Source: Octopus sinensis
Lineage: Eukaryota
Length of the DNA stretch: 26,846 nucleotides
NCBI RefSeq assembly: GCF_006345805.1
Contig: NW_021834133.1
Coordinates: forward strand, 1-26,846
Direction: 5' to 3'
The notes below the pieces were generated by a model. The model did no database searches and was not told where the DNA came from. It was given only the letters and a program-made list of their open reading frames with translations. The position numbers were made by a program, and so were the translations under genes. Of this stretch, positions 10,561-21,984 are shown piece after piece; position 1 is the stretch's first letter, and each line of letters begins with the position of its first letter.

Positions 10561-11302
10561 TGTGTTGCGTATTTGTATCTGTCTACCCCCAAAGCTTGAC
10601 AATCAGTGTATCTTTTACATCTTCACAATTTAGAAGTTATCAAACATCATCGATGGAACAAGGAACAGATTGAAGAATATGTACTAGAGGCGATTTGTCT
10701 GAGTAAGACAATTCAAGACGTGCAGCACCATGAATGAGACAAGTAAAAGATAAAAGATTTTAAAAAAAATATGGCATAGACTGAAATGTTTTTGATGTTA
10801 GAAGAACTAAATTATGGCAGAAAACGTTTTAAATAAAATTACGAAAATCAGTTGCTGGCGAAGCCACTCGTAGATACAGTTTATGGATGCCAAGAATATT
10901 TTTTGCAAACAACAAATAGATGCTTAAAGAAGCGATCGCCGTATCGGTATTTTTTTGTCGCTTAAACTTAAAATAAAATCCCTGCATCTCTCACAATAAA
11001 TTAAAAGGTCTTTTATGGTTAATAATTTCAATTATTTTAACAAACTTGTAAAAATTGTGAATAAAAATACAGTTTTAACAAAATCTGTCAACTTACATGT
11101 ATGCGAATAACATTTTGTTATTTATTGTCAGGATGGTAGGCAATGCGGATGAGGGGTTACGTAGTCTCCGAGACTGGTGGGACAGTGAGAGAATTAGAAA
11201 TATATCCTCATGCTTCAATGCTTGCAACAGAAATGACTCCGTTGAAGGCGCCCAAAATGCTGGTGTGATACGAGGCGAAGGCTCAAGTCTACTTCCTAAG
11301 AA

Positions 11303-11398
11303 GGCCCTGGTAGTATTTGAACTCAAATTGTAAAGGCTGACGAAATGCTGTTAATTGTTTGCCTGGCGTGCTAACAATTCAGCCACCTCTCCGCATTA
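11303..11398 (-). mobile_element. isolated SINE head fragment (11410-11802 family)
   Basis: Reverse complement GCGGAGAGGTGGCTGAATTGTTAGCACGCCAGGCAAA...TTTGAGTTCAAATACTACCAG. Confidence 0.6.
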
Positions 11399-11409
11399 AT
11401 GGAACCAGC

Positions 11410-11802
11410 TAATCCTTTCTACTAAAGGCACAAGGTCTGAAATTTCATGGGAGGGGACTAGGCGATGACATCAACCCTAGTGTTTCACTGGTACCGAATT
11501 TATCGACCTGGAGAGGATAAATGGAAAAGTCGACCTCGGCGGAATTTGAACTTAAAGACGGACGAAATACCTATTTCTTTACTACCCACAAGGGGCTAAA
11601 CACAGAGGACGAACAAGGACAGACAAACGGATTAAGTCGATCATATCGACCCAGTACGTAACTGGTACTTATTTAATCGACTCCGAAAGGATGAAAGGCA
11701 AAGTCGACCTCGGCGGAATTTGAACTCAGAACGTAATGGCAGAAGAAATATGGCTACGCATTTCGCCCGGCGTGCTAACAATTCTACCAGCTCGCCGCCT
11801 TA
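11410..11802 (-). mobile_element. tRNA-derived SINE with duplicated central domain (head-body-body-tail)
   Basis: Head TAAGGCGGCGAGCTGGTAGAATTGTTAGCACGCCGGGCG; AGTTCAAATTCCGCCGAGGTCGACTTT occurs twice (forward AAAGTCGACCTCGGCGGAATTTGAACT at about 11526 and 11700), each followed by a ...CATCCTTTCGGAGTCGAT-like motif, which resembles the Meta domain (from recall). Confidence 0.85.
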
Positions 11803-12196
11803 CAGAGAAGGAATACGAAGTATTCCTTTCGACTCTTTAACGACTCTGCTAATTCACCGCGTATTTAGTTATAGAAGAAATTAAAAAAAAGTGCAGAAAT
11901 TACATTTAACAAAATAAATAGATCTGCAGAAATATTTTCTCCTAAAGATATTCTTCAATCAAAATATATGAAGTAACTGTTCTCTGGGTTCTGTTCTTAA
12001 TAAGATAGCTCAGCAAATAATCAGATAAATAACAAAATATCAGCCATTTTCACATGTGCATTTGATGGTTGGGCGATTTGATATTTTTTAAAATGCTTTC
12101 ACTTGAAAATAAAATTGAAAAAGATTTACAACAAAAAAAAAACATATCGCTTTGTTTTTCCCTATATATGGTATATAAAGAATGGATACTAAAACA

Positions 12197-12209
12197 TTAT
12201 ATATATATA

Positions 12210-12267
<58 letters not shown>

Positions 12268-12294
12268 GTATATATATATATATGTATATATATG

Positions 12295-12328
<34 letters not shown>

Positions 12329-12329
12329 T
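12197..12329. repeat. (TA)n / (TATATG)n microsatellite
   Basis: Directly visible. Confidence 0.95.
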
Positions 12330-13080
12330 TTGAGATCTCCCTTTTTAGTAGAAGAATAGCTATAACCCTTTGACTGCTATTTCTAAATTCGGTATGTGGT
12401 AAGGCAACTCGTTGCTAAACCCTTATTGCTTAGTATATCTATATACATATACACATACATGCATTATACACATACATATATATATATGTTTATGCATATA
12501 AATATATGTGTGTGTGTGTGTATACATATGTATATATATATGTTATATATACATATATACATACATACAAACATATATATATATCTATATATTTATATAT
12601 ATCTATATACACGTCAACTCGCCATTTTCCACATATATATGTAAATGAATTATATGCTCGGATAGATACATGTATGTGCCCTGTATTGTATATATATGTT
12701 ATTCATATAAGCGTATGTGTGCATGTGAGTGTGTGAGTGTGTGATTGTGCGCGCGTAAAAGCGCTTCCAGAGCAAAATTTCTCATATTTTGACGTCTAGC
12801 TATCTGATATCGATTTTATGGAGGGCAGTTGTATGTTCTGTGGAGGGGTATGGAATCAATACTGTATAAATATTATTAGAGGAAGCTCTTATCCAATTTA
12901 ATGACCAGAGAGGAACTAAAATAATGCATTCATCTTTCTCCATCACGAATAGATTCACTGAAAAATGCAGATCCACAAACGAAGCATGTTTCGAGAGATA
13001 AGAATGCTGAATATTAGAAAGCATTTGCGTTTCTGTTTATTGAGAGGAGATTGCTGACTTCAGAATATATGTTAGCTTGA

Positions 13081-13470
13081 GTATGTGTTTGTGTGTATGT
13101 GTGTGTGTTTGTGTGTGTGTTTGCGCGCGCGTGTGTGTGTGTTTGTGTGTGTGTGTGTATTTGTGTGTGTATGTGTGTGTGTTTGTGTGTGTGTTTGCGT
13201 GTGTGTGTATGTGTGTGTGTATGAGTGTGCGTGTGTGTGTGTATGTGTGTGTGTATGAGTGTGCGTGTATGTGTGTGTGTTTGTGTGTATGTGTGTGTGT
13301 GTTTGCGTGTGTGTGTGTGTGTTTGTGTGTTTGTGTGTGTATTTGCGTGTGTGTGTGTGTGTGTGTGTGTATTTGTGTATGTGTGTGTGTGTGTGTAGCT
13401 TTTCAGGGATTGTTATTGTTGCCCTTGTAATTGTTGTTGTTGTTGTTGTTTTAGTACTGTTATTGTTATT
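13081..13470. repeat. long interrupted (TG)n tract followed by (TTG)n
   Basis: Directly visible. Confidence 0.95.
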
Positions 13471-13701
13471 TGTAGTGTGGATGTAGAAATATATTGGATT
13501 TCGAGAAATTCAATGATATGGTAGATTAAAATGGAAATATTCACCCGGGCAGAACATTTTAATTTAATATACTTAAACGCTTATGTACAAGCGTACACGC
13601 TTACATAGTACATAAATGAATACATCCATCCATACAATCACTCATTCACAGACACACACACACACACACACACAGATACACAGACACACACACACACACT
13701 C

Positions 13702-13737
<36 letters not shown>

Positions 13738-15039
13738 TTACTTAGTGATAGAATATATACGAATATTGACAAAGATACTTGAAATGGCTACAAAATTTCA
13801 AATAGCGATATTTTGTTGTGGAAGGATGGTTATCTGTCGAGTGTAGAACTCATAAATAGAAAGAAGTCTCTAGTGGCTATATCTGATATCCTTTGCTGCA
13901 ATAGCAGTGATAGATAAATACTGCGTGGATAAAAAGAGTAGGAGTTAATGACCAACAGAAACGTTTCTGCGCATAGTTCCTGGCGTATGGGATGGTGAAT
14001 TTGCGAGATATAGATGAACAAAATTCATTTATATCTGTGATATACCATTTCTTAAACACTCTTTCATTTTACCCGTGTTGAGCATTTTAAAATCTCCAAC
14101 ACGTTTTACTTAAGCGTATACATACATTCTCCTAACTGCATTCTGATACTAATGATACACATAACAATTTGTTCAAGCATAAAAGAATCAAATTTCTGTG
14201 CTAGTGGCTCGTGATTGGTATTCATGCAAATTGAGGCTTGATCCATCCCCAGCTGAGTAAACTAAGAGTGGAGGTCTAATGTTGAAATCTTCGAAGCATC
14301 TTAAACCATAGAATCTTCACTGATGATGCGTTTAAGAACGTCTTTGAGATACATCTTGGAGCATATAATAATGTTTGAAATATTGCAGTAACCATTATCT
14401 GAGTCGTTTACACAGATTTCAGGGCTGATATTCCAATAAGTAACAACCTGATAACAATATTTTGTTATGTTTTTGTATCGTCCAAACAGAATCAGACAAT
14501 AACTTAACCGTTATTTGGCAAAATCGGTTACAACGCAAATTAAATGAGTCGCATGCTATCCTCATGGTAGTTTACAATTTGGTTTCAAATACTACCGAGA
14601 TGGACATTACGCTTCTTCTTTCACAATCGATGTAATAAAATATTTGTGGGTTTTTGCGATATTACTAGTTGCTCTGTCCATCAAAATGGACGGTTTTATG
14701 ACTTCATCGCAAATTATTATGCTACAAAACACACGCGAAAGCACGCACACACACTCACACACTCACGCGTACGCACACACACATGTATATATCCGCGTAA
14801 AAGATCTCGGAGATCCAGGATATAACGCTTTGCAGAATTTAGTTACATTTATTTTCTGACTTCCATTTTTTACTATAGTGATTATAGGTGTTGTTGAATA
14901 GACTTCTACGGTGTTTACTTTAATGCCGTATTTTGTGTAATTGTATACTCGAGATGGTTGTCAACTCTCATCGAAATATCTTAACTATCTTTCGCAAAAC
15001 TTGAAATAAAATATTGGAACAGATATTATCTCAAATGCT

Positions 15040-15178
15040 TACGAACCATTTGGTTCCGGGTTCAGTCCCAATGCGTGGCACCTTGAGCAAGTGTCTTCTA
15101 CTATAGCCTCAGGCCGACCAAAGCCTTGTGAGTGGATTTGGCTGATGGAAACTGAAAGGAGCCCGTCGTATATATATA

Positions 15179-15257
<79 letters not shown>

Positions 15258-15290
15258 GTATGTGTATGTATATGTTTGTGTGTCTGTGTC
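15040..15290 (+). mobile_element. truncated SINE copy (15529-15966 family) with internal (TA)n
   Basis: GGTTCCGGGTTCAGTCCCAATGCGTGGCACCTTGAGCAAGTGTCTTCTACTATAGCC...GAAACTGAAAGGAGCCCGTCG(TA)n; lacks the 5' head and the 3' body. Confidence 0.9.
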
Positions 15291-15528
15291 TGAACCATAC
15301 GTAAGTGAATACGAAGAGACGTACAATTCAAAATTGAAACCCAGCGTTTATTTTTCACAGAACATAGTTCATCTTCTAAGAACCCCACCAAAAAACGTAT
15401 AATGCATTAGAAGATATCTGTAATTGTAGAATAAGAGAATGACGCGAGGAAGCAATCTATTCCACGGTTTCTGTCTGCGTAGTCTTAGTGAAAAGGGAAT
15501 AGATATTTTGCAAAGAACTTGCAGATGT

Positions 15529-15693
15529 GGCGCAGAAGTGGCTATGTGGTAAGTAGCTTGCTAACCAACCACATGGTTCCGGGTTCAGTACCACTTCGTG
15601 GCATCTTGGGCAAGTGTCTTCTACTATAGCCTCGGCCGACCAAAGCCTTGTGAGTGGATTTAATAGAAGGAAACTGAAAGAAGCCTGTCGTAT

Positions 15694-15731
<38 letters not shown>

Positions 15732-15966
15732 GATATATATATATATATATATGTGTGTATATGTTTGTGTGTCTGTGTTTGTCCCTCTAGCATTGCTTGG
15801 CAACCGATGCTGGTGTGTTTACGTCCCCGTCACCTAGCGGTTCGGCAAAAGAGACCGATAGAATAAGTACTGGGCTTACAAAGAATAAGTCCCGGGGTCG
15901 ATTTGTTCGATTAAAGGCGGTGCACCAGCATGGCCGCAGTCAAATGACTGAAACAAGTAAAAGAGA
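15529..15966 (+). mobile_element. full-length tRNA-derived SINE with internal (TA)n(TG)n
   Basis: A-box-like AGTGGCTATGTGGT, B-box-like GGTTCCGGGTTCAGTACC, CORE-like TTGGGCAAGTGTCTT, tail CAAATGACTGAAACAAGTAAAAGAG. Confidence 0.92.
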
Positions 15967-16296
15967 TTATGTAACTGTTACCTGTTGTAATCTCCGCATA
16001 CCAGATGCTAACAAGCTTATGGTGTCATCAGGTGAGAATGTGCGCCCTTTCAGAGCTTTCTTCTAGGTGGCATTATTGCACACCAGCCCCTCTCCCTGTG
16101 ATGAGGTCCCGTTTCCTTGATCAACTACTTACTATATTTTGCTCAATATTCTAGCCACTGCTCGGCGTTTCTCTTCAACCAAATCCAATGGCTTGCCTTT
16201 TCCATTGTATATCACTCATGGTGTGTACGGGTTACGATGAGTTAGGCGTAGCGACAACAACAATCCCCTTACACTGTATCCAATGAATCTCCTACA

Positions 16297-16309
16297 TTAT
16301 ATATATATA

Positions 16310-16381
<72 letters not shown>

Positions 16382-16393
16382 GTATATATATAT

Positions 16394-16437
<44 letters not shown>

Positions 16438-16555
16438 GATAATGAAATATCGAAACCCCAAAAGATGAAATATATTAACTTGACGCTGGGTATAAGAAGG
16501 AAAAAATAGTACGCGTATATTGTTTCGAGTACGACTCTTCGTCAAGGTTCGGGAA

Positions 16556-16627
<72 letters not shown>

Positions 16628-16630
16628 ATA
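16297..16630. repeat. two (TA)n tracts and a (GA)n tract
   Basis: Directly visible. Confidence 0.95.
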
Positions 16631-16844
16631 TACATACATAAATGCATACATAGATACATACATATATACCTACAACATTGACGTTACAACATAAGTTCGG
16701 AAGTACTTGCACGTTCACCTAAAACAGTTCCAGTCGGTGGGTCAGCATAGCCAAAGACCAATGAAAGAAAGAAATCAAAAGTAACAGACATATATATATA
16801 TGTGTCTGTGTGTGTGCGTGTGTGTGAGTATGTGTGTGTGTGTG

Positions 16845-16875
<31 letters not shown>

Positions 16876-18198
16876 ACATATTATGTATGTATATAAATAC
16901 ATGTATTTTTGCTCATACGTATGCGGGGATATACAAGGTATAAAATCGTAATAGCATCTACTTTTATTTAGTTCTTGGAAATACAATCTGTAACATACAG
17001 TACGTAACGAAAAGCTACATTCAAATTAAGCTTAATACCCGAATCAAAGCTGGATATACATGACCTACACGGTATATTCAGGAACGCTTATATGCTTTGG
17101 TATCGCATTCGAAATAGCCTCTCTTCAACATACGCACGCATGCATACAGATATGCATACACACATATGAGTATTAGTATGTTTCTCTTTCCTACGCTTTC
17201 TGCATGTATGTGTGTATGTGTTTGGGTGGTATAGTGTGCTAGTGACTAAAAATGTTCTCTTCAGTTTGAAAATGTTTCGCGAATTGAAAGATACTTCAAT
17301 CGATAAATGACACCTATAGGTGCCGATATGACTGCTATTGCAATTTTGTGTCGGTAGTCGACTCATTTCATTGCTGGTTCGATTCCTGGATCAATATTTT
17401 GTGAAGTCAACGCTAACACATTTATCCTTTGAGGCTCACTTCCGACAGATCCGATAATTGGTTGTCGTCCCAGTCTACGTTCGAATCGTTTCGAAACAGC
17501 TGTCTAGAACAAGATAAAAAAAAGTGATAGATAGATAATATGAAACAGATAGATGGATCGATGGATAGATAAAGAGAGGGAGAGAGAGAAACAGAGATAG
17601 AGATAGAGAGACACAGATCAAGAGAAAGAGAGGCTTGCATGAAAGGGTACAGACGCAGAAAGAGAAAAATTAGATTAACAGAGCAGAAGAAAGAGTAAAA
17701 AAGGTGAGGTAATTGATCGGAGAGAGGAATAAATAGAATATAATTAGAAGAATATAGAAATATGGAAAAGAGGGAGAGCAAGAAGACAACGAAATAATGG
17801 GTGGGATTGAAGGAGATAGAATAAGAGAGAAATTCTTTTAAATAAAATAAGAGATTAATTAAAAGAATAATGCTGATAAAATATTTTAATCATGTTTTTA
17901 AAAGGATTATCTCAGACACCATCATTCGTGAATATAAGCATGCATGCACGTGGTCATAAATAAACTGTGAACAGAATTACAGAACTTGAAGATATATCTA
18001 AATATAAGCCGGCACATATAATGTCATTTGCACAAATGCAATACATACACACAAACGCATACACAGAAAATCACACTAACTTATACAAAGTCATCCACAT
18101 GAGCACACACAAAAAAAATAATTCTATGACTTATTAACATCACTGCCATTCCACAGATAACTTGCAATGAAACACAATGCATACATACATACATACAT

Positions 18199-18750
18199 GG
18201 TGGCTGCCCTCTCATTATCGAGTATGTCCATTGCACGAAGCTTAATCAATGTTGTTATCGTGCAATGCCTGTGCAAGAAGATTTTTTTTTAAGTGAGGAA
18301 AGGCTGTGCACTGAGTCAATCTCACTCACTAAGAAACAGCAGCCATAATCCGAAAAGAAGAACAAGTCAACATCATCGGTAACCACTGAGCCGCAGGTTT
18401 TATGTCGGAGTTATCCCAGTTACCTGAGTTACCTTCTCCTAGGGGGATGCCCTAACAAAAGCTAGGAGTCCTTCACTCCCAATGGTTTAACCGCGCGATC
18501 GGGTATTCAGTCCGATTATTTCTATGTCCCCGCGCATGATACAACCTTAAGACATTTATTGGATGGCCGTTGACTCTCAAGAGTTCCTCCGTCCTTTGAC
18601 AGGTTTTGTTTTTCATCCTGCAGGGTGTCCAATAAACACCCTCCTCACCAAGCAAGCTTGTTGGGGTTGCCGGTTTAGTCGCTGTCGACCCGACCATGCA
18701 ACAGGTTGTACTGGGTTACATGTTACCAGTAGCACTCGAAAGTGACCTGA
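18199..18750 (-). mobile_element. short RTE-like non-autonomous element (5' UTR-like part plus 3' end, no ORF) between (CATA)n tracts
   Basis: GC-rich island; minus strand has CTAGGAGAAGGTAACTC (18442-18426), resembling the RTE 5' UTR motif CTAGGAGAAGGAAAACTC (from recall); ends CTCGATAATGAGAGGGCAGCCACC then (ATGT)n; 10-bp hairpin at 18229-38/18258-67. Confidence 0.5.
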
Positions 18751-19785
18751 CATACATACATACATACATACATACATACATACATACAGACAGACAGACA
18801 AAAATACCCTGTTGCTGATGTTATAATTCCGACGAAGGAGCCTTTCATCTAAATTAGAACTCAGTTCTTTCTCTATTGGCAAGAAATCTTGAAATAAACT
18901 GAATAATGACATACGTATATGTGTAGTGTATATATGTATAAGGAGGTTTTCTGGTATGTGTATATATTACTAAATGCATATGTATTTTTATGAGGTTAGT
19001 TCTATGTAAATGTTTATCTTTTAAACAGACATATCGTTTTGATTTATAGGAATTTATTATTTTTTACCATTAATTAATTTACCCTGGGTATACAGGAATT
19101 GTTTTCTTCTACTAAAGATAAATTTTGATTTAAGGTTTTCTTCGATTTTTATAATAATCCGTACATATACATATTTACATACATACATATATCAGTGTGT
19201 ATGTATAAACATATGTATAGGTATGTGTGTACGCATTTGTACGTGTGTGTGTGTGTGTGTGTAAAATAAAGTCAAGCCAGATATTGATATTTTGAGTGCA
19301 TGTAATACACACGTTTCAGACATTTTACAAATGAGAAAAATGAATCCCTACATTACTATTCCTTTTTCCTCTCTCTCTTACTCTCATTCTCTCCCTTTCT
19401 CGTTCTCTCTCTCTCTTTCTTATTCCCTCTGTGTGTGTGTCTCTGATTCCTCTTTCTGTCTTCACTTTCTAGCTATATACACTCCTCTTCTAGCAGGTGG
19501 GGTACCCAAATTTATATTGTTCCAAGACTATATATCAAGGATGCTTTCTGTTGTAGCGTTCGTATTCTGAAATATCTTAACTGAAAAAGATGTATTGCTT
19601 TCTTCCTCTTGCAAAATATCTCTAACATCTGTATTAGATGCATTAACATTATCAATATTTGGTTTTACCTTATTATATGACTTATATAATAGACTTCCAT
19701 CTATTAGAAATTAGCCAGTACTTCTTTCACACGGATACTCTAACAAGGACTTTGTATATATACACACACACACAATATATTTATG

Positions 19786-19935
<150 letters not shown>

Positions 19936-19973
19936 TATATATACTTTATTAGTAAACCTGCAAAGACATCACA

Positions 19974-20019
19974 AAAACTGTTACTCAGAGATTCCCGTTT
20001 CCGTTCATCGGACAGTTTT
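19974..20019 (-). ncRNA. degenerate minimal type I hammerhead ribozyme motif
   Basis: Minus strand AAAACUGU-CCGAUGA-ACG GAAA CGG-GAAU-CUCUGAGU-A|ACAGUUUU: perfect 8-bp stem I, GUA triplet, three substitutions from consensus. Confidence 0.5.
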
Positions 20020-20721
20020 CTTTTAGGATGGAACAAAATATGGTTATATGCATAAATATACAATTACTTTGATAGATACTCTTTGGAAAATGGTTTTGTT
20101 CCATTGGTCATTTCAACTAACCGTCTTTTCAATAACCGGTTGTATGAAATTAGCATTACGATTTAAGATCATAATATTATAAAAGTGGAAGAAAATTTTA
20201 AATCAAAAATTAGCTTTAGTAGGAGAAAACCAGTATACCAGGGTAAATTAATTAATGGTAAAAATTATTGAATTCAAATAAATAAACAAGATATGTCCAT
20301 TTAATATAAAAACATTTACAAAGAGCTAACGTCATAAAAATATATATACATTTAGTAATACATACCCATACCAAACAACCTATATATACATATATACACT
20401 AAACATACAAACGTTGGTACATGTCCACACACATAAATACAGGCAAAACATAAATATATACAAATGCATATATAGGTATCCACGTTCATATATATATATA
20501 TATATATATCTATATATATATATATATATATACATACATAATACTTCTCCGTGTGTGTTTCAAAGACACGACCTTGTTGTTTCAAGCTAGAGAAAGAAAA
20601 CGAAACGAAGATGAGGGAATAATAAGTGGTGAGAAGAAGAAAAAAGAAGAAAAAAGAAGTGGCGCAAGAAACAAAGAGAATGAAAAAATTAGAAAGAGGA
20701 AGATGAAAAAGATGGATAGAT

Positions 20722-20761
<40 letters not shown>

Positions 20762-21270
20762 GGAGAAAGCGAAATGATATTGAAGCTTGCGTTCCTAAAA
20801 TGTATCTAACAAATGTTGCAAACGCACGCATATAAAACCGCACACATTTAAAAAGACCAGCATGTCTACATAAATACATATATACAGGCAAAAGAAACAC
20901 ACATGTAGACATGCGCACAAACTATACAATTAAAAAAAACATACGTATATATATATATATATATGTATATATTTTTACTTATTATCTTATATTAAACTTT
21001 TTAATACTTTTTGATAGTTATATATATATTAAAAAAATTGAAAATTTACAAATTTATAAATTTTAAATTTTAAAAATATTTAAAAAATATAAAAAAATTA
21101 TAAATTTAAAATTTAAAATTTTATATTTTACATATATTGTATATTATATTAATTATCTTTATGTTTTGGTTTATGTTTTTCATTGTTTGATTTGCCTAAT
21201 AGTAGTTTTATCTCTAATTTAATTTATATAAATGTATATATATTATATACATATCTATAAATATTAAATA

Positions 21271-21346
21271 TGTGACAATTAGTTGGTTTTCATAATAAAA
21301 TTCAGTTTCGGATGCCGGGGCTGAAGTCTGCTCCGGCATCTCATCA
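21271..21346 (-). ncRNA. decayed, 5'-truncated inverted copy of the hammerhead at 21679-21753
   Basis: Minus strand (A)UGAUGA-GAUGCCGG agcagacuucagcc CCGGCAUC-C-GAAAC-UGAAUU-UUAUUAUGAAAACCAAC; C3 and the stem I 5' strand are absent; stem III damaged. Confidence 0.7.
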
Positions 21347-21678
21347 TGTGCGTACAGAGATGTGTATATGAACATAATGGTACGTGCATGTGTATCTATA
21401 CATGTGTATATGCGTGTATGCGTGTATGTATGTATGTTTTCATATGTATGTTTTCATATGTATATACATACATGTATGTGTGTTTGTGTTTGTATGTATA
21501 TGTAACGCGTGTTTGAGTATGTATGTATATATATATACACACGCGTGTGTGTGTCCGTACGTGTATGTATATGTGTACATATGTGCACATGCAGATTCTA
21601 TGAAGCAAGTTTTTCTTTCGCCACGCCTATTGGAGTAATTTCCCTTTATTCAACGGTTCTTTTTCATAGTATTTTTGT

Positions 21679-21753
21679 TTGTCTTAATAACTGATGAGAT
21701 GCTGGAGCAGACTTCAACCCCGGCATCCGAAACTCTGAGTTTTATTATGACAA
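21679..21753 (+). ncRNA. type I hammerhead ribozyme with complete core
   Basis: Stem I UUGUC-U-UAAUAA (21679-90) pairs with UUAUUA-U-GACAA (21742-53); CUGAUGA 21691-97; stem II GAUGCUGG/CCGGCAUC (21698-705/21720-27) plus one extra C; GAAA 21729-32; stem III ACU-cug-AGU; GUU cleavage site at 21741/21742. Confidence 0.8.
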
Positions 21754-21837
21754 CCAACTAATTGTCGCACATTATATTTATAGATAAAATTCTCTATTTA
21801 AATAATATCGCGATCTCATTCATTCTTTTGTTGTAAT

Positions 21838-21854
21838 ATTATTATTATTATTAT

Positions 21855-21935
<81 letters not shown>

Positions 21936-21984
21936 TATTATTATTATTATTATTATTATTATCATTATTATTATTATTATTATT
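21838..21984. repeat. (ATT)n microsatellite, about 48 units
   Basis: Directly visible. Confidence 0.97.

Noticed and set aside
14320-14360. CTGATGA/CTGAAGA matches at about 14320, 16025 (minus), 24662 and 25300
   Set aside because: No correctly placed GAAA or stems I and III.
13830-14520. Short stop-free minus-strand frames in non-repetitive sequence
   Set aside because: About 60-70 codons, no recognisable motif and no consistent splice sites.
18199-18360. Possible HDV-like ribozyme (GGCTGC/GCAGCC pairing plus hairpin) in the RTE-like element
   Set aside because: I could not build the nested double pseudoknot on either strand.
21838-21984. Telomere- or CRISPR-like interpretation of the tandem arrays
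   Set aside because: They are simple tri- and tetranucleotide microsatellites, with no unique spacers and no (TTAGGG)n.
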